A DNA stretch of 60,221 nt from Spirogloea muscicola (taxonomy: Eukaryota). The notes under the pieces are model-generated. The model made no database searches and had not been told where the DNA came from. It saw nothing but the letters and a program-made list of their open reading frames with translations. The stretch spans positions 767,109-827,329 of the forward strand of contig WELB01000005.1 in NCBI GenBank assembly GCA_009602725.1, read 5' to 3'. The position numbers and the translations under genes are program-made. Below are positions 1-14,000 of this stretch, piece by piece; positions within the stretch are counted from its first letter, which is position 1; every line of letters begins with the position of its first letter.

Positions 1-189
1 TGGCCCGTACCCGGGAGGTGAATCACCGCCTGTCAGCGGCGCCTCAGGGCATGTTATCACGCTGCGTAGTGTACGTGGTGCTTCACTGTGCTGGGAGTTC
101 GTCTCCAAATTTCAGAGACCGAACTTAATAACGACGTAAAACCCTGTCTGTGCATACAGGGGTAGGGATCTTACAGTACCTGCTAGATT

Positions 190-2432
190 CTAAGCTGTGA
201 TGAATGACGTCTTTGGTGCCCTCTTGTATGACTATGTGCTTGTGTACTTGGACTATATTTTGGTGTTCAGTAAAACGCCTGAAGATCACGTGGTCAACCT
301 GTGCCGAGTGCTGCATTTACTCCGTGAAAATCAAATGAACGCCAAGTGATCCGTGTGTGTATTTAACAAGCCAGGTTTGGTATACTTGGGGCATGTCTAC
401 GGCAAAGATGGGGTTCGCCTTGACCCGAAAAAGACTGATGTCGTAAAGGACTGGCCTGTGCCTTGAAATGTGCCGCAGTTGCGGTCCTTTTGGGGGTTCG
501 CAAACTATTTCCGCAAACTCCTGCAGGAGTACGGGAGAAATGGCGCTGCCTCTTACGAAGCCCACTCGTAAAGATGCTCCCTGGGTGTGGACATCTGAAT
601 GCCAAGAGGTATTTGAGGCTATTAAAAGGGGCTCTCACGTCTCCACCTATCTTGGCCTTACCTCGGGACGGCGTACCGAATGAGCTGATCTGTGATGCCT
701 AGTTGACCGGCATTTGTGCGTTCTGTTGCAAGAGGGTCATCCCGTAGCGTTTGAAAGTCGCCTGCTTCGTCCGGCAGAGCGTCACTACTATACTATGGGA
801 GAGCAAGAGCTCAAGCTCGGTGGGCAGAAAGCATGGCATCAGTCCGTTTCCAGTGGTTGTACCGCCCTGGAAGAAATATTGTCGCGGATCTGGTGAGCCG
901 CCACATGGCAGGGCTGCCCAGGTGGCTTGTGTAGTTCAATACTTCACGCAGACGTGCGTCCTACTCGTGGCGTCCCTCCGTAAGCCACCTCCAACCTCTC
1001 TGAGCTCTACGTGCGTAAACGTGACGGACAATTGCTTCTGTTGGCAAGGAAACGCCCATTGTATTTCCAGACTGCAAGTCCTTGCGCAATAGCATCATGC
1101 AGAAGATGCATGCGACACCCTACAGTGGTCATCTGGGTGTTAGAAAAACCAAGAAGGTGGTAAGTCGTCTGTTCTGGTGACCGGTTTGCTCGGCCCAAGT
1201 ACACTCATTTGTACGGAGTTGTGCCACGTGCCAGCGTAGTAAGCCCAGCTCCATGAAGCTTGCTGGCTTACTCGAGCCTTTGGCGGTTCCTCATCAGGAT
1301 TGGGCAGATGTGAGCGTTGACTTCATCACGCACCCGCGCAAGACGCGTGAAGGCTTCGATGCGATCGTCGTCTTTGTGGATCGTCTGAGTAATATGGTGC
1401 ATATTGCTCCTACGACCACCTGTGTCTCTGCTAAGGTATTTGCTAATATTTCCGTGGACCGAGTATGGAAACTGCATGGGGTTCCCGAGCGGGTTGTCTC
1501 TGATCGTGATACCCGCTTTGCGAAGACATTCTGGATAGAAGTATGCAGGCTTGTCGGCACCAAGCAGTCCCTGTCCACTGCTTTCCACCCCCAAAGCGAC
1601 GGTCAAATTGAGAGGATGAAGCGGGTCTTGGAGGACATGCTCCGGCAATTTGTGAACCCTAGTCAGAGTGACTGGATGAGTACCTTGCCCCGGCAGAGTA
1701 TGTCGTGAGTAATGCCTGACATGAGTCCACCAGGATTACACCCTTCAGTCTCAATCAGGGTCACATCCTCGAGCACCCTTACAGGTGGGGAGGCCGGAGC
1801 GCGTTCCAGCCGCCACATCCTTTACTGTGAACCTCCTGAAAGCTCAGCGTAGGGTCGGCATCTCTCGGCTATTGCCCAGCAGCGGCAAAAGGCAGATACT
1901 GACCAACATCGAAGTGGTGTGTCTTTCGACGTGGGTGCTCAAGTGCTACTGACTACAAAGCACCTTCCCTTGCGGGCAGTGGGTAAACGCAAGCAATTGA
2001 AACTTACATGGGTTTGACCATTCCCTGTGTTGCGCCTTGTTGGTACGGTGGCATGTAAGCTGTATTGGTACACCGGTACAGTGGAAAACCCATCCAGACT
2101 TCCACGTTTCACAGCTTCGGCCCTCCTATTCGAATGACCATTTTCCAATCGCCCACACGTCCCCTCATGATTGAGGATCAGTTAGAGAATGAGGTGGAGG
2201 GAATCTTGTCACACCGGGACATATTCTGTGGGCGTAAGTCCCGTGAGTATCTTACGGGACTCTCGCTCTCCACCGTACCTCGCTAAGGGGTCTGTTCCTA
2301 TCTAGCTTGCTTCATATCGCTCCACTCTGTGTTGTCCTTTTATTCCCGAGGAAGTGAACACCTCACGGGACTTACGACTACAGGATATGTCCCGGTGTGA
2401 CAGAAATTTCCTCACCTCATTCTCTGACTGAG
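190..2432 (+). mobile_element. Decayed Ty3/gypsy (chromovirus) internal region: RT end, RNase H, integrase, chromodomain (element B; 5' part outside window or deleted)
   Basis: Frameshifted peptides 'VLLQEGHPVAFESRLL' (RNase H, ~714-790), the integrase ORF 1253-1708 ('DVSVDFIT...VVFVDRLS...VVSDRD...STAFHPQSDGQIER') and 'EVEGILSHRD...SREYL' (chromodomain, ~2190-2255). 2340-2365 matches the pre-PPT 3' UTR of element A (8742-8765). Confidence 0.9.
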
Positions 2433-3586
2433 TGTAACGTTTCCCGGTTTGTGAGTGCCAAGCAGTGCCGTCAACGCTGAAATGGTGTTCATTTGGCCGT
2501 TCGTGCCGGACGGTACGAATCGTCCTCGCAGTCGTGCTGTTGTCGTTTCGTCCAGGCTCGACAGGGTGGCCTCGCATGCTCCCGTCATGCTCGGCCTAGA
2601 CAGGCTCAGCGGCATGCGTGGGCCCGCACGCCCTTTGCGGCATGTTCGGCTGCGGCTGTAACGTTCCCCCCGTTTGGGCGTGCCAACGGTGCCGGTAACC
2701 TTACATGAGCTTATCGTATCTATCGTTGGGAGTGCCAAACAGTGCGGGTAATTTTGCTGCGCTCAGTATAGCTAAATGCAGACCGAGGCCCCCTGATTTT
2801 GTACCGCACGTGCGGACGGCCTCGCCCGCCAGGTTGTCCGAGAGGCGCTGCTTCGCTCGCGCGCAGCATCGTCCTGGAGTTGTCGTACTCCTTCCGGCGG
2901 ACGCTGCTTTGCTCGCGCGGCATCGTCCTGGAGTCCTTAACTCCATCCGCCAGGCGCCGCATCCTTCGTGCGCGGGAGCGTCTGGCAGATCCGTCGTGTT
3001 CCCTGGACTTTCCCTCCAGCCGCCAGGCGCCGCTTCGTTCGCGCACGGCAGCGTCCGGCAGATTCGTCGTGTACCCTGACTCTCACTCCAGCCGCCATGC
3101 GCTGCTTCCTCCGCGCGCGGCAGCATCCGGCATATTTGTCGTTCCCCTTGTCTCGCCCGCTCCTCCGGGGAAGGGGCCTGGAGGCGACCCTCGTCACGCC
3201 CAGTGAGGAGGGTTGGCAGGAGAAACGCTACGAGTAGTAGGCCTGGCTGGACCCCTGTCCGACCAACGCCGAGAGTGACACAGCTCTGCTGCTGCCTAGC
3301 CAGCCCCGCTGCTGCCTGCTGCCGCGGCCACCGCCACAGCTCTGCTGCTGCCGCCTGCTGCCCAGCCTGTCGCCGCAGCTCGTCGCTGCGGGCTCCGCCG
3401 GCTCTTTTTAATTTTATCAGGAGAGTCACTGCCCTAGGCGGTGCCTCAGAGTAGGACTTCCGCTGCGCTCTGTGCGCGTGTGTGCGTTGGCGTTCTCCTG
3501 TATGAGGGTTCTCTTAAACACCCTATGTTCATATGCAAACCAGGACATTCTGACCCTAACTGTGTGATAGAGACAGGGATGCTACT

Positions 3587-3598
3587 TAGGTATCAGAG
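3587..3598 (+). promoter_or_regulatory. Primer-binding site (tRNA-iMet type) of element A
   Basis: TAGGTATCAGAG immediately after the 5' LTR; matches the plant consensus TGGTATCAGAGC. Confidence 0.85.
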
Positions 3599-6469
3599 GA
3601 GTTCTTGCATCTAGCAAGTCACGTAGAAGGTTGTGTTTGACTGCTGACAGTGCAAGAATTCCATTGTATTCTGGACTGATTTTCCTTGTCGATTTTCCTT
3701 GTGAAAACTTTTCCAGAGTGGACGTGAAGCTGTCATCGGCGACGCGGCACGTGTATCGACCTCTCGCCTTCGACATCACGTGCGGGGCCTTCAAGATGCC
3801 AGGCGGCTCTTTGTATCTGTTGCCAGGTCAATACTTGCCTGCGTAAATCACCTGTGTCCGGCGGATTGCCGGCCGGTATGGCATAGAAGTGAACCTGGTT
3901 GCCGGTGGGCGGCAAATACTGGCCGTATGCCAGGGGCTGGTTGGTTTTCTACTCCGGGTCCCCCTCTCTTGCTGCTCGTACAGCTTTGTGTTTTGGAGGA
4001 ATGATGCACGCGCTCTCATGATTGCTTGTTGCTTTGGTACACCAGTCCTGAGTATTAGCTTGACAGCATGGGTCCTCGACATGTCTGCCGCCTCTGACTT
4101 GATCCGGCAGTGTGTGGTGCCGAAGGCAAGGGAGTCGCCGAATTTCAGCGCTTGTCCTAACCGTCCTCCACCTGCAGTGCCCACTCTTGAGGTCGAGGAG
4201 CTCGGCAACGATCTGGCTGAGCTCTAGACGCCAAATGCGAATGACTTGACCTCCGACGATGCGCGGCGCAGTGCGCACCTTCTGGAGCTCCACGAGGCCG
4301 CAGTCCCTGTGTGTGGGGATCCTGCAGTGGCTGCCTTTACGGGAGCGCTGCTCGAAGTCGTACAAGCGCTCTCCGCCCGTATGTGTAAGGGTGAGAATAG
4401 CCGGTGGACACGTTGAATCGCCTGATCGAGCAGGCGGGCATTACGTTCGCGACGTACCCACGAAAGCGTCCCCTGGCGGAAGCCGTCCTCAATCCGGCTG
4501 CCCCTTCATCTTCGAAGCGTCGGCCGAGCAGTATGTCACGTACAAGTGCCGAGCCCTACGTGGGCAACGGCGCCCACACAAGCCAGTGGCCTTCGTCCCC
4601 AAGAAGGACCGAGCTTGCCACCGGTGTGGCCGGAAGGGCCAGCGTATCCGGGATTGCACCCAGGCTCCCAACACCCCTCATCAAGCAAGTCCGCCCCACC
4701 CGGCCCCAAGGCGCAGTACAAGGGTGAGGGCAAACGTGAGTGCCTTTTCGTAACTCCTGTGTGGAGTCATCAACTGCATTATGTGCAAAGGCTATTTGAA
4801 CGAATAGGACATGCTTGTCCGCAGTCTCCTGTTCTGGTAGTACGCTCCCTGCAAGTTCTTATGCAATCTTTGGTGAATGGTGGTTCCCTTGTCGTCTGGG
4901 TCCCCCGCAACCAAGCGCAATCAGCTGCTCAGATGTATCTGAATTGGGTGAATGATCGTGGGGCTGACCACCCTGTGTTTTTCATCGTGCGATGCAGGCG
5001 AGGACAGAATCCTCCACCACCACCGGGACTGTCCTTGCACTGTCGCTAGACAGCAGGCCATCCGCACGTCGTACCTGGTGCTGCTGGATCACCTAGGAAA
5101 TTGCTGATCTATGCTGTTCGCAAGATTTTGTCTTGCTTCAGTTGGCGACTTAGCACTTTGTGCTTCAACGCCTAGTATGCTATTCACCGGCATAGCGGCT
5201 GGTCAGCCAGCCAAGATCCTTGAAGACACTGGTGCCCGTTATCCTGTCTTAGTAAGATCAATGTGTGTAACAATGGCTTACCTGTGCAACCCATTCATGT
5301 ATTGCAAGCTACATTGGCCAATGGTCATCACAATAAAGTGTTGGGCCTTTGCGAAGTGCCCCTTCGCATCCAGAGTTACAAGACGGTCGTGCCTTGTCAT
5401 GTCATTGATTGGGCGGTGCCTTTGATGTAATCTTAGGCGATGATTGGCTCTGTGCCACCGCGTTTGTGCTTGACTGTCGACAGCGACATGTGTCGGTCGA
5501 CGTGGTACTCGTCGTTTCAATTGCACAAAGTCGACATTTACTGTGTACCACACCACCCATACAAGACCCTTCTCTGCAGCTTTCAGCTGTGCGGATGAAG
5601 AGGCTCCTCCTCCTTTGCAAGGCACCAGCAGCTTCGACTGCGCATTTGGGTGTTGTTATGAGTGCTGAGTCTCCCCCTGACTCTGATGTGAATATCGTGG
5701 CCTCACGTACTACGGTCATTGACAAATTGTTGGCAAAGTATTCGGATGTTTTTTCGAATACACTTCCAGACGGTATACCTTCAGATCGAGGCGTGGCTCA
5801 TGGTGCTTTCATTGGAGCCCGCCGCTGTACCGCCGTACTGTCTTACGTATCAACTGAACTCTCTCGAATTTCGAGAGATTCAATCCCAAGTGACGGAATT
5901 GCTCCGTAAAAGGGCACATTGAGCCTTCTCAGTCCCCGTATGGTGCACCGATCCTTTTTGTCAAGAAGAAAGTAGTCTCCGGATGTGCATCGATTACCGA
6001 ACCCTAAATCAGCTCACTGTCAAGAATCGGTACCCCTTGCCTCGTAAAGATAATTTATTCGATCGTCTCGCGGAAGCTTAAGTGTTCAGCTCCATCGACT
6101 TGCAAAGTGATCACCAAATTCGTATCACTCCTGAGGATGTTCCGAAATAAGCGATTGTAAGCCGGTCGACACTTCCAGTCCAAGGCGCTGAGCTTTGGTT
6201 TGACCAACGCACCTGCCACGTTTCAGGCTATGACGACGAAGGGCCTTTGGCCCCCTACTGGACGACTTCGTGCTGGTTTATTTGGATGACATACAGGTGT
6301 TCAGTGAACGCCTGAGGATCACGTGCGGCACCTGCGGAAAGTCCTGCAGCTGCTACGTGAAAATCATCTCTATACGAAGACTTTCAAGTGTGTGTTCAAT
6401 CAGTCCGAACTGACGTACTTAGGTAGGGCACGTCGTGGGCAAAGACGGGGGTGTGCGTCGACCCCAAAA

Positions 6470-6575
6470 GAGAGAAAGCGCGGCCAAATTAACTGGTGGC
6501 TGGGAGAGGCCAGCCCAAAGGAATGGACAAGGCCAGAAGAAGCCGGATGGTGCGGAAAGCAAGGTACGAAGGGCT
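6470..6575 (-). mobile_element. Short 3'-end fragment of a CRE-like non-LTR retrotransposon inserted in element A pol
   Basis: Interrupts the RT/RNase H tether ('VDP...DWPVP') and is near-identical to the 3' termini at 23116-23177 and 45121-45190. Confidence 0.75.
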
Positions 6576-8766
6576 AAGACAGTAGTAGGAATGGACTGGC
6601 CAGTGCCACAAAAAGTGCCGCAGTTGCGTTCCTTTCTGAAATTTGCAAACTATTTCCGTAAGTTCCTTCAACCATACGAAAGCATGGCATCTCCTCTTAC
6701 GAAGCTCACTCGTAAGGACGTACCGTGGGGGTGGACGTTCGAATGCCAGAAGGCGTTCGAGGATATAAAACGGGTATTGGTCTTCCCACCCGTTTTGGTC
6801 TTGGCTCGAGAAGGCGTGCCATTTGCAAAAGTCTGTGACGCCTCTTTGATCTGTAATGGTGCCGTTCTCCTGCAGGAGGGTCATCCCGTATTTGAGAGTC
6901 GCCTGCTCAGTCCTGCAGAGCGAAACCATACCACGGGGGAGCTGGAGCTCCTTGCTGTTGGTTGTGCACGCCCTCCGTGTGTGGCGATGCTATCTCGAGG
7001 GTGTTGAATATACGGTCGTAACGGATCATTGTTCCTTGACCTACTTTCACACACAGCAATTGAGCAGGCGTCAAGCTAGATGGGCTGACTGTATTACACA
7101 ATTCCGATCCAGTGGTTGTACCGCCCTGAAGGATCAATGTGGCGGATCCGGTGAGCCGCCACATTGTAGGGGCTGGTGTGGCGCCTGTCTTGTGTGCCAC
7201 AAGGGTTCAGACTGCAGACGTGCGGCCGATCCGTGGGCCCCTCCCACAGAGCGCCACCAACCTCTCTGAGCTCTATGTGCGTATTCGTGATGGTTATGGC
7301 ATGGACCCTTGGCTTGCACTTGCAACCAATACACGCACAGTAGTATATGACTAAGGCTTCTCGTGGCGAGTGACGCCATTGTGGTGCCCAACTGCAATGC
7401 CTTACGCACTAGTATCATGCAAGAGATGCATGTTGCCTCCGTACAGTGGTCATTTGGGTATGGGAAAGACAAAGAAAGCTACTCACCTTCTCTTTTGGTG
7501 GTCGCGCTTGCAAGTCCACGTACGGTCGTTCATCAAGACGTGTGCCACTTGCCAGCGTAGTAACACACGCTCTCACAAGCCTGCCGGGTTGCTCCGACCT
7601 TTGGAGATCACTCCGCGGAACTGGTCTGATATCAGTGTGGATTTTATCACCTAGTTCCCCAAGACGCGCAACGGCTATGACTCCTTTGTCGTATTCGTGG
7701 ATCGTTTGAGTAGATTGGTGCATTTTGTCCCGACGATTACATGGGTCTCCGCTAGGGAATTTGCTGGCATGTTTGTGGAGCGAGTATGGAAAGTGCACGG
7801 AGTACCCGAGCGCATCGTGTCTGACCGCGATCCTCGCTTCACGGGTCACTTCTGGAAAGAAGTGCAGGCTTCTTGGCACAAAGCAAAACATGTCCACTGC
7901 TTTCCACCTGCAAACCGATGGTCAAACCGAGAGGCTGAATCAGGTTTTGGAAACCATGTTAAGGTATTTCGTAAACCCCAGTCAGACTGATTGGAACGAG
8001 TATCTCGCTCCAGCGGAGTATGCTGGTACCAACGCTTTTCATGACTCTACCAAAAACACACCCTTCTTCCTGCATTTTGGTTAGCATCCCCGATCACCTT
8101 TGCAGATGGGGAGCCCGCAGCGCGTTCCAGCCGCAGTAAGCTTCACCTGTACCCTCTTAAACGCTCAGCGGAGGGCTAAGCAATTCTTGACAATCGCTCA
8201 GAACCGGCAAAAGCAGTATGCTAATCTACGTCGCAGGACGTGTCCTTTGACGGGGGTGCCCAAGTTTTGTTGGGCACTAAGAACTTTACCTTGCGTGCTG
8301 TTGGTACGCACAAATTGCTGCCAAAGTGGGTTGGCCCTTTCATGTCGTGCGCCTGCTCGGCAAGGTCGCATATGAGCTTGATACGCCGGTACAATAAAAA
8401 GTCCACAAAATTTCCATGTGTCTCAGCTCGAGCCATACCATACGGATAGCCGTGTCCAACCGCTCCCACCTCCCCTCGTTATGATGGCGAGAGAGAATTT
8501 CGAGTGGAGGAGATTTTGTCGCACTGGGACAAGCTCCGTGGGCGTCGTATGTCCCTGAGTACGTTATCAAGTGGCTCGGCCATGGGCCGGAGCACAGTAC
8601 ATGGAATCCTGCGGACAATCTTGCCCATTGTCCTTCCGCGTCCAGAAGTATTTGACAGGAGGCATGGTCTCTTGTCACCGTCGTCCAGTCTCTTCCCGCC
8701 GATTGAATTCCCCTGGGTTGAAACCCTGTAATGCTTCCTTCTTGTTCCCGAGGACGTGAACACCTT

Positions 8767-8776
8767 AGTGGGAAGG
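8767..8776 (+). promoter_or_regulatory. Polypurine tract of element A
   Basis: AGTGGGAAGG two bases before the 3' LTR. Confidence 0.8.
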
Positions 8777-10322
8777 TATATAACGTCCCCCCCGTTTGGG
8801 CGTGCCAACGGTGCCGGTAACCTTACGTGAGCGTGTCGTATCTACCGTTTGGAGTGCCAAACGGTGCGGGTGACTTTGCTGCACTCCGTGTAGCTAGATA
8901 CGGTCCGAGTCCCACGGGTTTCGTACCGCACGTGCAGGCGGCCTCGCCCGCCAGGTTGTCGAGAGGCGCTGCGTCGCTCGCGCGCAGCATCGTCCGGGAG
9001 TTGTCGTACTCCTTCCGGCGGACGTTGCTTCGCTCGCGCGCGGCATCGTCCGGGCATTTAAATCCATTCGCCAGGCCCCGCTTCTTTCGTGCGCGGGAGC
9101 ATGTGGCAGATCCGTCGTGTTCCCTGGACTTTCCCTCCACCCGCCAGGCGCCACTTCGCTCGCGCGCGTCAGCGTCCGGCATATTTGTCGTTCCCCTTGT
9201 CTCGCCCGCATCTCCGGGGGAGGGCCATAGGGGCGACCATCCTCACGCCCTCTGGGGAGGGGTGGCAGGAGAAACGCTACAAGTAGTGAGGCTTGACCGG
9301 GACTCTTCGGTCCGACCAATGCCGAGAGAGACACAGCTCTGCTGCTGCCTAGCCAGCCCCGCTGCTGCCCGCTGCCGCCGCCGCCGCCGGCACAGCTCTG
9401 CTGCTGCCGCCTGCTGCCCAGCCCGTCGTTGCAGCTCGTCGCTGCGGGCACCGCCGGCTCTCTCTAAGTCTATTGGTAGAGTCACCGCCCTTTGGCAGTG
9501 CCTCAGGGTAAGACTTCCACGCCGCTCTGTGCGAGTGTGTGCGTTGGCGTTCTTCTGTATGAGGGTTGTCTCCTAAACACCCTATGTTCGAATCCAAAGC
9601 AGACCCGTCTGACCCTAATTGTGTGATTAGGGACAGTGATGCTACAGCGGCCATGCTCGGCCAGGAACGGCCTCGACCATGCCTAGCGGCATGCTCTCCC
9701 GCGGCCATGCTCGGCGCCATGGCGCCTGCTGGAGACAGCTCATGGTTCCCTCGTCAGGCACGCTCTGTTTATCAAGCCGTTTGCTTAAGCCACACGGTGC
9801 TGTTAGCGTTACATGACTGCTTGCTGCTTAGCGGTGGCCCGCCAGGTGGCGGACTGGCTGGGCGAGCAAGTGGCCCGCCCGGGTGCGGACCCCACCCGTC
9901 CAAAATACCCCTCGCTAGGATCCACCCGTTCAAGAGAGGATCCTTGGCCCGCCGCAAGGCAGGCCATGGGGCGACCCGCTCACACCCCTGGAGGGGGGAT
10001 GGCACGGGGAAATCACTACGAGCCTTGGGCTCTTCAAGGCTGAGACCCGACAGCAGCTCGGACCTGTGAAGCTCGAGAGCAGCCTTGCTGCTGCCTGCCG
10101 CCGCAGCCGCCGCCGTACCCTGCTGCGGGGCTTGCTGCCGGGAGTCCGTGGCTGCGCCCGTTGGGGGACAACTGCCGGCTTGCACCCAGGAGGTGGAGTC
10201 GCCGCCAGACGGCGGCGCCACAGGGCCTGTCTTCCGCTGCGCCTATGCGCTGTGCTTCACTCGTGTGGTCGCTTCGCTCCTTGACCCCTACAGCCGTAAC
10301 ATAACAAGGACGACTCGCCCTG

Positions 10323-11001
10323 TGTAGCGTTCGGTCCCTAACAGGCAGCTTAGAGCCGAATACGTCCTTTACTTGCACTGAGTGCCTGGGGACAACCACT
10401 TGCCACGAGGAAGCACTCCAAAGCAGCGGAAGACTTGCCCTGTGGTGCTGCCGCCAGGCAGCAGCTCCACCTCCTGGGCACGCGCTGCAGACTTGCCCCT
10501 AGCGGAACGCCGCCAAGGTCTCCTCAGCAGAGCCGGCAACGAGCCGCGCGCGGCAGCGGTCTACAGCAGCAGGCAGCCGCAGGGCTGCGCCTCTTAGAGC
10601 TTCACTGAGGTTCCGGCCTCCGGTCGGGTCTCTCTCTGCTCCGTGCGATGGCAAGTGTTTCTCCGTGCCACCCTCCCCCCAGGGTGTATGGGGGTCGCCC
10701 CAAGGCTCGCCCGCGAGGAGCGTGCCTTACGAGGGCACCGTGAGCTGTCTCCAGGAGGCGCCATCGCGCCGAGCATGGCCGCGGCCGAACAGGCCGCCGG
10801 GGGCGTCAGGGCCCACGCAGGCCGCCGAGCATGTCTGGGCCGAGCATGACGGGATCATGCAAGGCCACCCGGACGAGCCTGGACGGAACGACAACGGTAC
10901 GAGTGCCAGGGCGGTTCGTGCCGTCCGGCACGAACGGCCAAAAGAACACCATGCAAGCGTTCAAAACACTGCTAGGCGCTCACAAACCTGGAGACGTTAC
11001 A
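10323..11001 (-). mobile_element. Solo LTR, family B, inserted in the 5' LTR of element C
   Basis: TG...CA ends; TSD CCCTG/CCCTA (10318-10322 / 11002-11006). Removing it restores collinearity with the 3' LTR of C. Confidence 0.88.
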
Positions 11002-14000
11002 CCCTAAATGTGTGTGTAAAGGGCGAGGTTCCACACATACGGTATCAGAAGCAGTCTTGCATCTATCGGGCTTGTGATTTTGTGTACTCGCCACTGATGA
11101 TGCAAGGATCTTCCTGATGTGCTGGCTTGACCTTTTCTGTTGAGATAAAGCGTCTTGCCAGACTTTGGTGGTCCGCAAGGCTGTTCAGCGGAAGCGCCGG
11201 GTGCTGAGTCATCTTTGCGCAGTGAGCCAGCAGCGACCAACGCCAATCATCGACTACCTGATCCTTTGAGGAGGACCACCTGCTGCGTATCGCCTACTTT
11301 GAGGTGTGGCTTGAGCCTGCAGCCTTTGTGTAGTAAAGGTTAGTCGTGTGGCCAGCATTGATTGTGTCCATCGGTCTTGGTCATATCTGCGGCTGTCTGC
11401 CTGCCTGCTGTTTGGAGGTGTGGCTTAGCGCGCTGCCTTGCTTGCTCGCTTGCTGGTGCACCGGTGTTGCGATGCCCTGCATTGCAGTATGGAGTGCTTG
11501 CTATTCTGACGGCCGGAGCCTGATTGGATCATTCAGTGTTCTTCAGACAGCATGGAGTCGCACACCTCCAGTGCGCTAGCCCTCCTCGGGAGGTAGAGCG
11601 GTCGGAGGGCACGCCGAGCTGGAAGCCGCCGGCCAAGAGGGCTTGTCGGCTGGGGAGCTGCAATGCATGGCACTCCTCACGCAGGACCTGGCGGCAGTCC
11701 AGTCTACGCTAGACCCAGCTCATTACCGCCTCCTCGCGAGGACGTACGAGGAGCACCACGCCCACTTTGCCCAGATCCGTGCGGGACAGCAGCATGCGCA
11801 AGAGATCGATGCCGCGGTACAACTGCTGCGCAAGAGCGGTGGTAATCCGTTGCATGAACGTGCAACGGCCCACGCGCCAATTCACCGGTCAAGATGATCG
11901 GGGTGGGCTCCAGGGGTGGCTGAGTGAGTTGTCGGAGTGGTTCGACTTGAAGGAAGCGGACGCGACGGCAAAAGTGCCGCTGCGACCAACCTCACGAGGG
12001 AGCCTCATGAGTGGTGGGACTTCCACAAGCAGTACACGACGCCTGATGAGTACAACACCTGGGAATTCGTTTCCAGGTCACTCATTCCGGCGTATGGCGG
12101 TATCCATGCGGAGTTTCGCGCCTCCGACGAGTTGGATGCCATCCGCAAGAGCGGCACGGACTTCGAGCCTTATGTGCGGCGCTTCAGGCTGCTGCTTTCG
12201 AAGCTGCGTACGGATCCTATAAATGTGCCAGCGCTCTGAGGCTGGGCTGCCTCCCAATATGTGCGCGTGGGTCGCGGTGGACTCCGCTACCTCACTGGCA
12301 TTCACGGATTTTCCCAAGATGATGGAGCACGCCAGAAGGTGCTCAGCACGCCGGACAATGGTCGTGGCAAGCGTCCCCTGCTCGAGGCAGGTGGATCTGC
12401 AGAGGCAGAGGGGGTTAAGAAGAGGCTCTACCCTAAGGAGGGGTCGAACGCTCGTCCCCAAGGGCGCTTCCAGAAGCCGCGAGTGGAAGGAGGTGGCTGC
12501 TTTCGCTGCGGCGAATAGGGTCATCAAATTAGGGACTGACCGGCGGCAGGTCCATCTTCCTCGAGGTCACGTACACAGCGCCCTATGGGCCGGGACAAGG
12601 GCAACTTTAAGGGCAAGCGTGAGTACCTGACCCTTGCCTCTGAGCAATCTCACTCAGCCAGATGCACGTGAGCTATTTGGTCTTGCTGGCATACCTTGCC
12701 CGCCATCCAAAGTACCGGTTGTGCGCTCCATTTATGCTTTATTGCAAAGTCTGGAGGGCCGAAGGGCCTCCATTTGTGTGGATTGCCCACAATGACTTGC
12801 AAATGGCTGCCGCCATTCATGTGAGCTGGCCTGCGCGCCGTCGGCCTGAAGAAATGTGCTCTTCATTGTGCCACAGAAGCCCGGTGTGATTGATCAAGCT
12901 CCGCTCGGAATGTCGCTGTTGTGCTCGCACGAGGCGGGACACCTTAGGCGTAGTATTGGTGCCAGTCAGCTGTAACCGTACCCGGCAAATGTCAGGGTAT
13001 ATGTTGCTCGCACTTCCATTCTTGGAAGTGTCGGTGGGTTACACACAACGTTAGTGAGGGGCTGGTTGCTGATGCACCGGCCAAGATCCCCATAGATTCA
13101 CAGGCCTCAGTGTTCTTTGTGAAAAAGAATTTGGTATATTCCACTGACTTTAATATGCAAGCTGATGATTTGCCTAGAGTGACATTGGCTGATGGCCACC
13201 CCACCGATGTGCTGGGTTTGTGCAAGTTTCCCACTCGCATATAGCAATACAAAGCCGAGGTGCCTTGTTACGCCATAGTGTTGGCTTCTTCGCTTGATAA
13301 GATATTGGGTGATGATTGGCTTTGTGCCACATCGGCATGCCTTGATTTTGAGCTTGCACTGTACAACGTGGCGCACGGCGCCTTGTCCTTTGCAACAAGC
13401 TTCCCAGTGCACCGCCGCTGGCGGCAGGGGCTTCTATTCTGCTGTCTGCCATGCAGATGAAGCGATTTATTCACAAGAACACCGTGCGGACGGCATATCT
13501 TGTGATGGTGGCGTTGAACGACGAGTCTGAGCCTGACGACTCGTGTGTGAATGCTGCGGACTCACATGGCGGGGTTCTTTATAAGTTGCTGGAAGAGTTT
13601 GCGGATGTGTTTCACGACTCTCTTCCGGACGGTCTACCTCCTCATCGAGGAGTGGCTCATACCGTTCCATTGGAGCCAGGCGCAAACCGCCGTACGGTCC
13701 CATGTACCGGCTGAGCCCTCTCAAATTTCGAGAAATGCAATCCCAGGTTGAGGATATGCTGGGAAAGGGCTACATTGAGCCATCTCAGCCGCCGTACGGA
13801 GCACCTATCTTCTTTGTTAAGAAGAAGGATGGCAGTCTTTGGCTGTGCATTGGCCATCGGGCTTTGAACAAGCTCACTACCAAGAACCGATACCGTTGCC
13901 TCCGATAGATTTCTGTTCGATTGGCTCGCATGGGCTACTGTTCTTAGATCCCTGGACCTGCAACGTGGGTATCACCAGAGTCGTGTCACAATGCGGATGT

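Larger units (their letters stand above)
2657..9646 (+). mobile_element. Full-length but decayed gypsy/chromovirus LTR retrotransposon (element A)
   Basis: LTRs 2657-3586 and 8779-9646; perfect 5-bp TSD GCGGC (2652-2656 / 9647-9651); tRNA-Met-type PBS and PPT; gag knuckle CHRCGRKGQRIRDC (~4616); protease, RT ('VYLDDI' ~6276), RNase H, integrase and chromodomain remnants with stops and frameshifts. Confidence 0.95.

Noticed and set aside
2701..3429. Antisense and sense ORFs within LTR A copies (also 8827-9576)
   Set aside because: GC-rich repetitive LTR sequence, frames not conserved between the two LTRs, no recognisable domain.
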